Shown here: piece by piece, positions 11,601 through 29,136 of the stretch | Numbering within the stretch: position 1 is the first letter of the stretch | Layout: each line of letters opens with the position of its first letter | Source of the DNA: Phoronis australis | Taxonomy: Eukaryota > Animalia > Phoronida | Assembly (NCBI GenBank): GCA_002633005.1 | Contig: NMRA01000181.1 | Location: 62,001 to 126,000, forward strand | Reading direction: 5' to 3' | Length of the DNA: 64,000 bases | Made by a program: the position numbers and the translations under genes | Notes under the pieces: generated by a model | The model's database searches: none | Told to the model about the DNA's origin: nothing | The model's input: only the letters and a program-made list of their open reading frames with translations

Positions 11601-14600
11601 GAATACATATCTTGCTAAATCATTGTAAGTGTGAATAAAACTTGATATATAAGTGTATTTATTCATGTATTAGTATAGTTCCGTAACAGCCCTTTGTTAA
11701 CACAAACTTCGTTGAAAACACGACTAAGCTTTACATTTGAAAGCTTGATACAGAGTTGCTTGTAGTGTCGAAACATTCTCCGTTCTTCAGGTGTGCAGCT
11801 GTGTAGCAAAACAACAAGAGACATAACAAACAAACAAACAAACAAACAAAAACACTAGCTATATTTCGAGAATGTACGTCTCCTCATGTATGTACGTGTA
11901 TGTACGTCTATGTGTGTGTATGTATGAACTCACACTGCAAAGGAGAATAAGCAGCTATTTCTTGAAACAGGAACAAGATTACTGGTTTAAATTCATAAAG
12001 AGATGACCAAAAAAGAAACAAAGTCTGAACCAAAATAAATCTATCGTTCATTATATTGGCAAGAAGATTACTCGTATTTCCACTTCCTTGATGTTTATGA
12101 GTTTCCACAAGTGTTGTACAATAAATTTTTCGTTCTTAAGAACTTGAGTTATTTTGTTTGCCATTCGTATGCAGACAAAGCCCATCACAGCTCATACACT
12201 CACTATCACAGCAAGGTGTAGCCAAACAGTAGCCACAGACCCAGAGTCAGATCCACGAGAACTGGATTTAACTCTCACTGGTGAAATGTGATGAGTACAT
12301 TTCAAATGTTTTGAGACACTGTGTCTTCAGCTTGAAAATAAGTACCATATGTTGTTTGTAGGTAATTAGATACAACAGTTGTCTGAACTAAACATTTTCA
12401 CAACAAATCATTTTAGATTTGTAGCATGCATAATTCGTTTGCCAAACTGTTTGATGAAGGAGATTACAAAAATGGGTCCAACCTAGTTCATTCGCCTTAC
12501 ACTGCACGTTTTTTATAAAAAAATAATTACAAAGCACACATGAGCTGTGGGCGATACTGGCTTAATACAGAGTATTTGCTAATCTTTGAGTTTATGATAT
12601 TTAGGTATTAGGCATAATTAAAATACACTTAAGCTCTTATTTGCATGGAGATTTAGATAACCACAACAACATTTAGGTTCACAAATGAAACTGTATATGT
12701 AGTGACACCTATTGAAAGGTTATAGAACTAAACAGGTTTGCTGTTGTTTCAACAAAGCCAACCAGGCTCAACATAAATCATTGGAATTTCTCTTTGTTAC
12801 TAACATATTCCCAAGTTGATATTCCTGAGGTTACTTAAGTAAAAATATAATTTAAGACTTACGCTTTTAATTCAATTTCTTATTTGCAACAGGAGTTAAA
12901 TGATAGAAGTCCCCGTGTTTACACCAAAAAATAACTTAGTAAACATTTAAATTTTTATTTCAGTCTGTATTAAATGATATGTTTTTACTCACCCTGCATG
13001 TTTTGAGCTTGCCAAATTCAATCAACATTAATGATGTCCACCCAATACTCCACAATGCTTCAAATTAGTCATGCCATTGGCTCAAACCTTCAATAAATTT
13101 ACAGTTACAAACACTTAAAACAGTGAGGGAATGAAAACATTTCAAATAATACTACTGTACAGGTTCAAACAAGTTCTATATGGAAATTTATATTACATCA
13201 TAGGTTGTTTGAACATTAGAACATAAAATTTGGCCAGTTTAATATTCATGTAACAATGGATGGTACATGCAATAGAAACTGGATCTACCACTAGAAGTTT
13301 GATATAAAGGGCACCCTATCACTGATGAGTTTATAAAATTAAACTTAAAAATTGACATTCCTTTGAAATTGGTAAGTTTTTATGATTTGAACTAAAGTCT
13401 TCAGCTTCATGTTTTGAAGCAATCCCATATTTCTTCTTTTTAGTGACTATTCAGAAAATAACCAAATTAAGACTGGGTTTGTGTCCCATTTTCTGGTGCA
13501 AAGGAAACCCCCTCAGCATCATTCAGGCCTCATTGAACAGATAATGTCTCTGACTCCCAATCAGAAAGCAGTACTCCGTTTGTTGAATTTCATTGCAACA
13601 TGACGGTTTTCACGTACTACGTTTTTCAAATTTGAAAAGCGCTACCTTAACTGTTGTTTTGACACATACCTAGATTATAACATAATCATCCTGTTCTGTT
13701 CAAGATTCCTTCACAAGAATTCACAATCCTAGCTTTAAGAAATCTTGTTGTTACGAAAAGGCCACTTCCAAAAAAATGACTTATTTGTCTGTTAGCACTT
13801 CCATCAATAGAAACTATCGAAGACTACTCTTGTGTCCAAAATATCACATAAGAAAAACAATGTCACTAAATTAACTTTTTGAAGACTTTCTAAAATCACG
13901 ACTTTATGGCAGATGTGCTGTTGACAAAATGGTATGGAAAATAAGACACCAGTCTAGAGCATGCATACAATGAAGACTTCTTTCATCAACTTACTAATTC
14001 TGTGATCGTTAGCACTCGTTCACTGGTTCAGTTTAGCCTTGCAACTACCACAATAACTAGTGCTGTTTAAGAGAGATCATGCATTGACGACCCTAAGAAC
14101 TGGCATGAAATACTAACAATAAACTACCTAATTTGCAAAGATCCTCATTACAAGAACCCTCCATTTGGTTTCACCTTCCGGACAACCGCAAGCATTTTAA
14201 TAATGCTAAATCCAAAAATCAATCTAGTCCATGCTCCCATGCTATTTTGTCCTGCATCATAACTTGCAGGGGATACCTACCATGGTTCAAAGAGTTGCTA
14301 ACATCATTCATCAATGTGTACCACAAAACCAAACCTAACGCATCTATTCAGGCTAATTTTTACGATATGTCTTATAATATAATTGTCATAACATTTTACA
14401 AGAAATTCAACTTCAAAAGCCAAACTCTTTGAAAAGTCACCAGTTGTAGTCCACATTATTATCAATTTATTTCAACCAGTTTTTTATTACAGTGAGTGTG
14501 AAATCATCACTAATGCCGTGCTCTACTCCAGATAATAGAAAAAAACAAAAAAATAGTGCAGGTGGCCTGATGTCGTTTGCGGTGCAAAAGTCAGCCAAGC

Positions 14601-17010
14601 CAGAATTTGCAAATCAGAATTACCATTAGTACACTATCATCCAGAAGCAGATTATGCACCTTTCAAAGGTACCAGAGTACATGAGACACGAAGAGGTCGA
14701 CAGGTCACCAACATCACATTTTTCGTTTGACAACCTGGTACAGATCTATAGTTGCCACGCACTCATCTGGCATGAAACCTAACACACTAATTTTTGTATA
14801 AAATGATAAGTAGCAATTCTAATAGAAAAGAACTCAAGGCAAACTTTGTGGAAGATCATCTATAGATTGAAGTTTAAGTCAATGAAATTTGAAAAAATTA
14901 ATGGATTAATCAAAATTAATATAACTTTTGATGGGTTCATCCTTATATTTTGGGCTTACTTAGAGTCAGAGAGGGTAACTTCGTCCAATGATGGCTTAGA
15001 ATTTTGCGGACCAATGTAATATTCATCAGTGTCATATTCACAAACAACAAGCCTTTTGAAATCGCCATGCCAGGGAAAGTTGAGTTCTTTGTAAACCCTG
15101 CTCTTGTAAAACTCTCCCAATTCAAAGCACCCAAACATTTGTGTGCACAATCAGTTATGCTAGTGCAAAAGTCAGCACTTGCAAGTGTGAAGTCCAAAAA
15201 TACAAGCAAACAGTTTAGATCATTTTTCAAGTGCACAAACAATAACATGAGCACACAAATGCTTGAAAAATGATCAAAACGCTCAAATCTGTAGGCTGGC
15301 AAACTCACATGACACTCGTTGGGGACGTTGAGCACTTACCCCTACATCAATGATTAGCAACCTGTAACAAAAGAATCAAATAGTTACAAAATATCAAATT
15401 AATATTCATCGTCAATTACATTTTGAAAAGTAATACTTGACATAATTGAACACAATCAAAAAGAAATATAAGAAAAACAGATGCACTTACGGGTTTGTTG
15501 TCTTCTTGTCAAAATATTGTTGAACCACACTTGGGAAGTCGTGTTTATCAACTTAGTTTACTACCCGAGATCTATGAGTCTATGGAACAGGCCATACGAT
15601 AATTCAATGGGCATTTTGATTGCAAACAATTTAGCATGACAAGTACAGGGTTTGTCTGCCAAGCAATTTTTAATACATGTGGCCAAGTAAATTGCACTGG
15701 TAATAGATGGGATTGACTTGAACAGGTAATTCCAAGAGGAAAGATGCAGACGATAAAGTTAAAGGGCGAATAGTTGACAATTGCTGTTCAAAGTCCAAAT
15801 TTTGCGTTCGGGTTTTCAGTAGGCAGTGCGTCAAACGAAATCTGAGGTCGCCCAATCGAGTGCTGCTACTTTTTCATCAAAAACTTACCCGATGAGGACC
15901 ACCCAAGTAGCCTCACTGTTAGTGGCAGTCAGGCGTAACTTTCTACTGAAAGTCACGTGGCGTAACCATGTGTGCTATGTCGGGCTCAAGCCAATCGTAA
16001 ATTATACGATTTTCTTACAGACACTTAAGTATGAATGTAATGATTCTTTAAGAGTCTGGACAAGTGTAAAAGGCAACGAACACTTCACTCTGTCTTCAGA
16101 CAGTAGTTGTCCACCGGTGTATTCACTGAGGTCCGAGTCAACTGATCTCACCGCCGACAAGGTTGCCCAGCGGATCTCTTCAATCTGCAGTAACCACAGG
16201 CTTTGTCCATAACATCTTCACTTCAGTCACGCTCAGTATGCTAAATCTGTAACCACTGTCGGGAGAAACCTTGTTTCTAAAGCAAAATACGACAGCATGA
16301 CAACTGCAAATAGCCGTCGTAAAGACCAACACGTGCCAATGCTGATGCTTTTAAAAAAGCAAATTTCATCTATATCCAATAGGTGGCGATGTAGTTGGAA
16401 TGTAGCAGACGAGGACTGAAATAGCGTACGTACACTCCCGGGGAAGACATCATTTATGGAAACTAAAACCGTTTCCGGAGATCATAACAGAGGACAGCAG
16501 ACAAAAACCGAGCAGGTTAGGCATGCGTACCTTGAAAAAGAGCTTCTTATAAGATTTCCATCAAATTTTGTTGGACAAAACTGCCTGATCTAGGCGGGCC
16601 TTCGTTGTGTCAGTGACAGGGTATTCAAATCCAGACAAAAATCAAATAATTCATAATTTGGAACACGTCCATTTCAGCGAACAAACATCATTCAAGAATC
16701 CATTCAGAAAACTGTTGAGTCCATCTGCGGCGTTTTCCAGTCCAGTACGAATGAAGACTTCCGGAAAGGCTGCCTCAAGCTTCTCCAGGTTTACTCTTAG
16801 TCTTACGCTACTTTTAAAGAGACTCGGTAACCACATATCCAGAAAAAATGCCATTTTTAGGGTATGAACAACGGCAATCGAAAAATATGAAAAAAATTGC
16901 CATAGCTTTGTAAATCACAAAATCATTGACAGGCCGCCAGGATTCCGAACGAAACTTTGAGAAAACCCTACGTAATTTATGAACTAGTACGAAACGCCAT
17001 TTTTACGGAT
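8610..17010 (-). ncRNA. Candidate spliced long non-coding / micropeptide (uORF-rich) Pol II transcript
   Basis: AAAATGGCG (YY1-type start motif) at ~16996-17004; candidate introns 16530-16277, 15888-15580, 15490-15362, 14959-14860 with GT..AG consensus and pyrimidine tracts; extra donors at 15339, ~13669, ~12992, ~12861; AATAAA at 8628-8633 followed by GU/U-rich tract; no long ORF and no ORF resembling a family I recognise; TE-poor. Confidence 0.5.
8628..8633 (-). terminator. Polyadenylation signal AATAAA of the candidate lncRNA
   Basis: TTTATT on + strand; minus strand continues ...TAGTGTCTGTTTTTCTTTG (GU/U-rich downstream element). Confidence 0.5.
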
Positions 17011-17585
17011 TGTTTTGCTTTTGCATCGACATTTTAAAACCGATTTATTGCTACATATAAATTATGAAAAGTCGTTTCAATGAGCTATTAAAGCCCCTTT
17101 CAATCACATGTCTGTTTGAGTTCAGTTACTCAGTTACAATCATGAAATTGGTTTCAAATTGTTCCTTAGACAAAGTAGGTATGTGGTTTTTATTCGCCGA
17201 CCATGATCTCAACTGAGCCAGACTGCCAGTTCTTTGAAAGAACAAAAACCAATCCAATGTTTGAATAGGAGCAGGGTAAGATCACTTTTTAATGGCAAGT
17301 GGTCTAAATCCGTCAAAAGGTATTTTCTTGGACGGAAGGCGGGTTTATAGTCACGTAAACAGGGAAAAGAAGTTCTGTCTAACGCGTAGTTTCAAATACT
17401 TCACGAGTGAAGTGTCCGTGTGTTAGTGTTTTGATTTGTGTCATAGATTCTGTGCATACGGTCTCTGGTTCAATAAACAATTAAAATGAGTTGGACAGTG
17501 TTCACAAATCAAGTTTGCATCAATATCAAGCACACATTTTTAAGTCTTCTTCGTAAATAATGGGAATCTCTGGCCATGCATTTTA

Positions 17586-18200
17586 AAGGAGATTGTCACC
17601 CGATTTAATTAGTCTTTTTTACCGTCTTAATCGGTCTATATCCACAGTAGCCTCTTGTACGGTCCACCTCACCTTGCCGAGAGGTGTCGCGTTAACCTGT
17701 GAGGAAAGTGAGAAACGACGCAGCGACGTCAGTGGTTCGCCTGCAGAGTGAAAACCGCTATATTGCGGTGCATCGTTCCCGCTTTCCGGAGCTATGAAGC
17801 TGCGAAGAAAGCGAATATATATATATATTTTTTTTACTTTCTCGAGAGCCCAAAATGCTTATGAAGTGGCTCGCGGTAGTGAAGAATGAAAGGTACGCAG
17901 TTAATAGCAAAATGAGGCCGTGAAGCACAGATCTCTGTCCGTGGCCGGCATTTCGTCGACAGTGATTTCTCGGACGAGGAATTCCGGCTTACCGTTGCCT
18001 GGGCATGTTCACGGCGCTTCTCTAGTATTTCTTGATCAGTGTATTCCGTTTCGAACTGATAGCCTGTGAAACTTAACGATCCGACCCGTGAAGTCTTCGT
18101 CAGATGAGCTCTTGACCAAGTCAGGATTGGCGCCGGGCGAGTTGCCATGTACACGTTTATTATTCTGCATTCTCACGGGTGAGAAACAACATGACCGCCG
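17586..18200. mobile_element. Possible Kolobok-type transposon end with frameshifted acidic ORF remnant
   Basis: TTAA|AGGAGATTGTCACC terminus; minus-strand remnant SSSDEDF...GYQFETEYTDQEILEKRRE split over two frames (ORFs 18036-18224 and 17834-18154); possible degenerate partner end GTTGACTAATACCCCT|TTAA at ~20121-20140. Confidence 0.35.
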
Positions 18201-18350
18201 GTCCTCTAAATCTGACTGACTCACCCAAAACAGGACCTCCGGGGATCAAATGGGACCGTCGCACCAGAAAATGGGACTGACGCACCTAAAAACATGACCG
18301 CCCCACCAGAAAACAGGACCGCCGGGGACTGAACATGACCGCCGGNCATG
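18186..18350. repeat. Degenerate ~21-22 bp tandem array (AAACA[TG]GACCGCC...), probably MITE subterminal repeats
   Basis: Repeated AAACAGGACC/AACATGACCGCC/AAATGGGAC units; hAT-like end GCGGCCCCTG at ~18488-18497. Confidence 0.55.
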
Positions 18351-20473
18351 CTAATTCAGTGTTTGCTGACAGAAAACTTGTGAGGCAATTACTCGATTTT
18401 ATATGCTATGGTCACATGTTAGGGGAATCTTTTTTTAAAAATACAAATACATTATTCTGAATGTCTGAGGAATTGGCACCCGACGTCGCGGCCCCTGACA
18501 AGTAAGTGGACTTTCAGTTTCGTTGCTAATTCACATAAATAATTACGTGCACATTATTTCTTTGGCTCACTATTATAGTCTTTTCGTGACTGGAGGTTTA
18601 GTTTCCAACTCAAGTTGGTTTACGTTCGTGCCAGTCCCGGCGTCTGCGACGGGCCTGATCGGGTTCCGAGCCACTGGCGGGGATAACAAGCGTTTTTTTT
18701 GTGTTTAGAACTCAAAAAAATCACGAGTTTAAACAACACAGGTGTATGCTCCCCAGTCTGTATTTCACTGAAGAATATTCACTTCGAATTTACCTCCGAA
18801 CAGACCCCAAACTCCTGCTACGGACCTTAGTAAATTGGCCTGCCGAACTTTCTAGGCTACGGTGTGTCCAAATACCCATAAATCCGTAACAGCGAAATAA
18901 AGCAACACGTTTTTATAAGAGCTTGGTGTATTTTTAAGGGTTTTACATCGATGTTTGATTATTTATTGGTGTTAAACGATGAATTCAAGCGTAAGCTGAC
19001 ACCAGTAACCCGTGTTGTGAACTGCTGAACAGACACCTCCGTCTGCCGTCAGGTGTCAGGTAACGCAACGTGCTGTTATCGAGTAGAACTACTCGATCTA
19101 AATTGATACAAAATAGGTTGTTTTTTGGGTGGCATTCTCCTTTACGGTTATGTTATGTTTTCTGAAACAAGTAGAAATTCCGTAAACTTTTATTTTTGAC
19201 TATATCAATATGTCGCTATTTAGGTCACGTGACCTTGCTTTTTAAGGAAACTTTAGGAGAGAAAAAGGCATATTCATGGCAAAAAAACAGGATAAATAAC
19301 ATGTTCAAATTTCGTAGATATTAATGTTCAAACTAGTTTTCTAAATCATTGTTTTGTTTTCGTTCCATGTCTGTTTAAAATACAATTGTGAAATGCCTTA
19401 ATCAGTAGACCCACGTCGTATTTGCAGGTTTCATAATTTTTCAAAGAAAATTTAGACTAATCCGTACTTTCATTTTGACTGAAGGGTCAATACCAAATAC
19501 ATTTTGTTACACATTTCAGGCTGAAGGGAAGACAGATTTACGAAAAAAGATGTCTAGGCGTCTATGGCAAATATCGTCTGCTGCATTTGGAATTAATGAT
19601 CCTAAGGTAGGTTTACATGGTTGATTTATGCTCGCGTCATTTCCCCAATGGCTACTCCTCATTCACTTAGCCAGTACAGCCAAAGTACAATTCAATCGTA
19701 CAGATGAGGATAACCAGGTAACAGATTTAGCTCTCGATGGCTACTTCCGGATACAAACCTGCGCTCCGTAGAGCAAGTTTCTTGCCAAAAAATCAGTATC
19801 ACGAAAGTCTTCGCGAAATATCTTCAGAATTAGACTTGGTGGGTTAGTTTTCAAGGGGCCTATACTTTGTGACAGTGTGGATGGAAATGAATGATTAAGC
19901 GCAGTAACTAATTTATTATGTAACAACCCCTAAATAACACACACTAGATTTGTTTGGTGGCACTCAATAGTTTTTGCGTCACGGTTGAATTTACCTGCCC
20001 CAATTCCTTTCAACATGGGCGCTTGCTGTGTTGGACGAATGACTTTTTTTAAAAATTGCCTGAATCCACTAACATATGAAAACAATTCCGATAGAAAGGA
20101 CCCGCCACATTTTGTAGTAAGTTGACTAATACCCCTTTAAATAGACAACATGAAGTCCTTAAATACAGTACAATGGTTCATGTGCGCTGAATGAATATGC
20201 CCATTTACAGTCTGACGACCGCGTTCCAACAACTGCAATAGTACGGGACGAGATTAGTATGTATCAAGACGACGTGGGTGGAATAGAAAACATGGAGAAC
20301 ACCGAGGGTTTACACTACGTTGCAAAGTCATTACGTGATTCTCAAATGGAACAAAATGTAAGAATTCCAGAGGAGCAGGTAAGCAAAAATAATTGCGCTT
20401 TCTTTTCACTAGACAGAGCTATTAAATGAACACTGCAAACTAAATTCTACGTTATATGAATTCAGGGTACCCG

Positions 20474-20772
20474 AACAACACGGCTCGTGTACTAATAAAC
20501 ATAGCTCCGCATACTGCTCACGGACGTGTAAACTGATTTCACTGACTCACGAACAGGGACCCACACTCACACAAAACACAGTATACTCACCCTAAAACCC
20601 AGCTCTTGGACAGCAAGCACGGCTCTGGCACCTGTAAACACGCACACGATTCTTAGTCACCTGAGTCAGTGAGTCCTGGTTTTGGGTCTTCAAGTCGTAT
20701 TTCATGAATGCCGCATAGTGAGTTAAGTTTACAGGTCCTCGAGCGGAGTTCACTAGTGCGTGAGCCCTGTTT
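20474..20772. mobile_element. Degenerate MITE with ~70-bp imperfect inverted ends
   Basis: Left AACACGGCTCGTGTACTA...GCTCACGGACGTGTAAACTGATTTCACT matches reverse complement of right AGTGAGTTAAGTTTACAGGTCCTCGAGC...TAGTGCGTGAGCCCTGTT. Confidence 0.45.
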
Positions 20773-21819
20773 TCATCAAGTATGTATTTGGAAATAAATT
20801 AAAGTTTTGCATATTGACAAAACTGAACGACCTCTGAGAGTGGCAAAATTTGTGTCTGAAATAAAGTGATTTAATTCATAACATTTATGCCATATAATTT
20901 AGTAATATGAATAAAATTCCTTGAAATTCAAATTCTACGAATGACGTAATTAACCCATCAAATCCCAAGAAAGATATTTGACATGTTAGTGTCACACGGC
21001 TTATGTCCCAAGGGGACTAGTTTACCCAGTGTTAGAAAGGAGTTTGCTCTGAGCTTTGACGTTTGGTCGTAATGTACCCCTCACCGTCCTCAACGTTGAT
21101 GTGCTTTGTGACTTTTTGCTATAGTTGTCTGTGTAAAATGCGCTTAAAGGTACTCTTTCTTTTAGATTCACTTATTTAGAACACAGGATGAATTTGATCA
21201 GTCGAAAAATATAAACATTTCATAACTTTCAACCCTTTCTGTGTTTGCCTTATTTATTAAATTTTTTCAAAAGTGATTGAGGTTTCCGCGGAAAGCTCAT
21301 AACATTTTGTGCCAATTGAGTGAGTACACATATTGTGTGAGTCATCTGTCACTCACAAGGGCGGCCAGTTTAGGTGGTGGTGCACCACCAAAATAAATTT
21401 AAACTAAATATTTCGTATTAAATTCAGTTAAGTTTTAAAAAGATATAAGGTGCTGAATGAGCATTGTTTGGGTTTACCTTTCGACCGAACTAATGTGCTT
21501 TAAAATCCGTTTGATGAGGTTCAGTTGTTAAGTTATTCAGACACACCTGTACAACTAGCGAACAATGGGAAAACACCTGCGCCAAAAGTTTTGCTTGGAA
21601 ATCTGTGTTTTATACTATTAGGCAAGATTATACTACTTTTAATTGTTTTTAGGCTATTGGGGAAGATTGGTTCAACAAAATACTGGAAGAAGACTTTGAG
21701 TTCGAGTGTGAATCTGAAATTGTGTAATGCCTATTTAAATATACCAGACCACTGATGTTTAATTTTTAATATTTGAAAATTATTCATATTCAAACCAACT
21801 GTTGCTATATACAAATCAA

Positions 21820-21825
21820 TTTATT
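21820..21825 (-). terminator. Polyadenylation signal of cathepsin L copy 1
   Basis: AATAAA (minus) ~155 nt after the stop codon at 21980. Confidence 0.6.
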
Positions 21826-21979
21826 GAAAAATAAATAATATATGGTAACAAGGAAAGTGTCGTTTAACAAGCCCTAATTACACTGATGGCAAATCAAGAT
21901 GAGTGTCATAGACTCCCGCGGACCGCCGGCTGCGCTCATCTGTTCCATTCGAAGAAAGTAGATTTGAAATGCTCTTTGT

Positions 21980-27801
<5,822 letters not shown>

Positions 27802-28830
27802 CTGCAAGGCAAAACGTTTTCCTGGTTCTAAGTGGACGAGTAGGTGATCGCTTTCAAACTTATAAAGCGTAATAGAATGAATAGCGTGTTTAGTTTCTAA
27901 GAAAAGCCACTCGGTTAAATCAACAACAAATCGAAGACGTAGTTTCATATTTTCATAACAGTCCTGAAATGTGTATACGTGCATCGTACGCATAATAGCA
28001 TGGCATGACTCGAGCTTTTTGAATCCGTAATTGTCACTGGCATATAAATACAGACGTTTGTTCACGAAAAATAAATTATCGTGCAAATTTGTTTACTCGG
28101 AAAGTTCATAGCTAAGCAGCCGCGTAACCCTTTCATAGAAACTGTTTAGGTCATACAGGGCCAGAGAAAAATGTCCCAGGTTTGGCTAAATTTGAAACAT
28201 GTCTCAGAGACGGCTAATAGGATTCATATGAAACTTTAAGATGCTATACTTTTTGCACTCTTCTCCAAAACGCTGTTAGGAACTGTTTAATTAAAGCGTT
28301 CCACTTCTGTGTGAGGAGCTATCAAAATAGGACTTCAATGATAATTATAAAAAAAGTTAAATAAATGGAAAACAAAATGATAATTTACTAATATTAAACC
28401 CTAACAACGCTTTTGAGATACATCTTGAGAGTGTGCATCAACTTGGCAATGTTATTGTTACTCTTCTTTTGCTATCAATGTACCTGTCTTTTTTGTTAAA
28501 TTTTACTAAAAAGACATGTCAAAGTCGGTGATATAATTAAGGCAGATTGGTATAAAGCCAAAAATCAAAATTTGCAGGCTTTCTGCTTTTCAGAAAACAT
28601 ACTTTTACCGAGTAAAGTTTTGTAGATAGTTGATGAATACACAGTTGTTCATAAGGCCGTAAATAACCTCGAAATTGTATTAGAGAAGATTACTTGCAAC
28701 GTGTAACTGCTCAAAACAAAAACAATGTAAATGTTTGTTGCTGGATTAGTAAAATACTGTGCAAAACAGTTATGGTTTTCTTAACATCTCAGTGGAAAAC
28801 CTACATGGCTTACAGTGTGCGCGTACTCAC

Positions 28831-28930
28831 CTTATTTCTTCGTGACCGGGCGATTTTAAAGTGGCTCTTGCAAGATGGGTAGTCGCTTTATACATCCTTA
28901 TCCCGTGACCTCGTGAACTCGTGACTTACC
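28831..28930 (-). promoter_or_regulatory. Core promoter and non-coding first exon of cathepsin L copy 1
   Basis: TATAAA at 28892-28887, Inr-like CCACTTT with A at 28862 (30 nt downstream), 32-nt exon ending in AAG|GTGAGT donor (28831/28830); acceptor TTGCAG directly before the ATG at 27801; three TCACG half-sites just upstream. Confidence 0.65.
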
Positions 28931-29136
28931 GTCTTTATTTACACAGTGACACGAAGCACGAGGTGTACATATCACAGCAAATGGAGGCTGATAACGGCAA
29001 AGGTGACTCCGGCGGGGGGGGGTCTCACAGGATGGGATGGTAGCGGTGACTGTGACTGGATTAGAATGTGCAGTGACACCCCGTGCGCTTGACAGTGGTC
29101 CCCCGGCATCGACCAAGAACGTCTTTATAACTCATG

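Noticed and set aside
15840-15851. CGACCTCAGAT, similar to the 5' end of 28S rRNA
   Set aside because: Only ~11 nt; no further rRNA similarity.
16531-16854. Selenoprotein/readthrough ORF (three in-frame TGA after the 67-aa ORF)
   Set aside because: No recognisable selenoprotein motif, no clear SECIS, and frame closes at TAG shortly after the splice.
18186-18350. Short periodic repeats resembling a CRISPR array
   Set aside because: Eukaryotic context, degenerate units without unique spacers, no cas genes.
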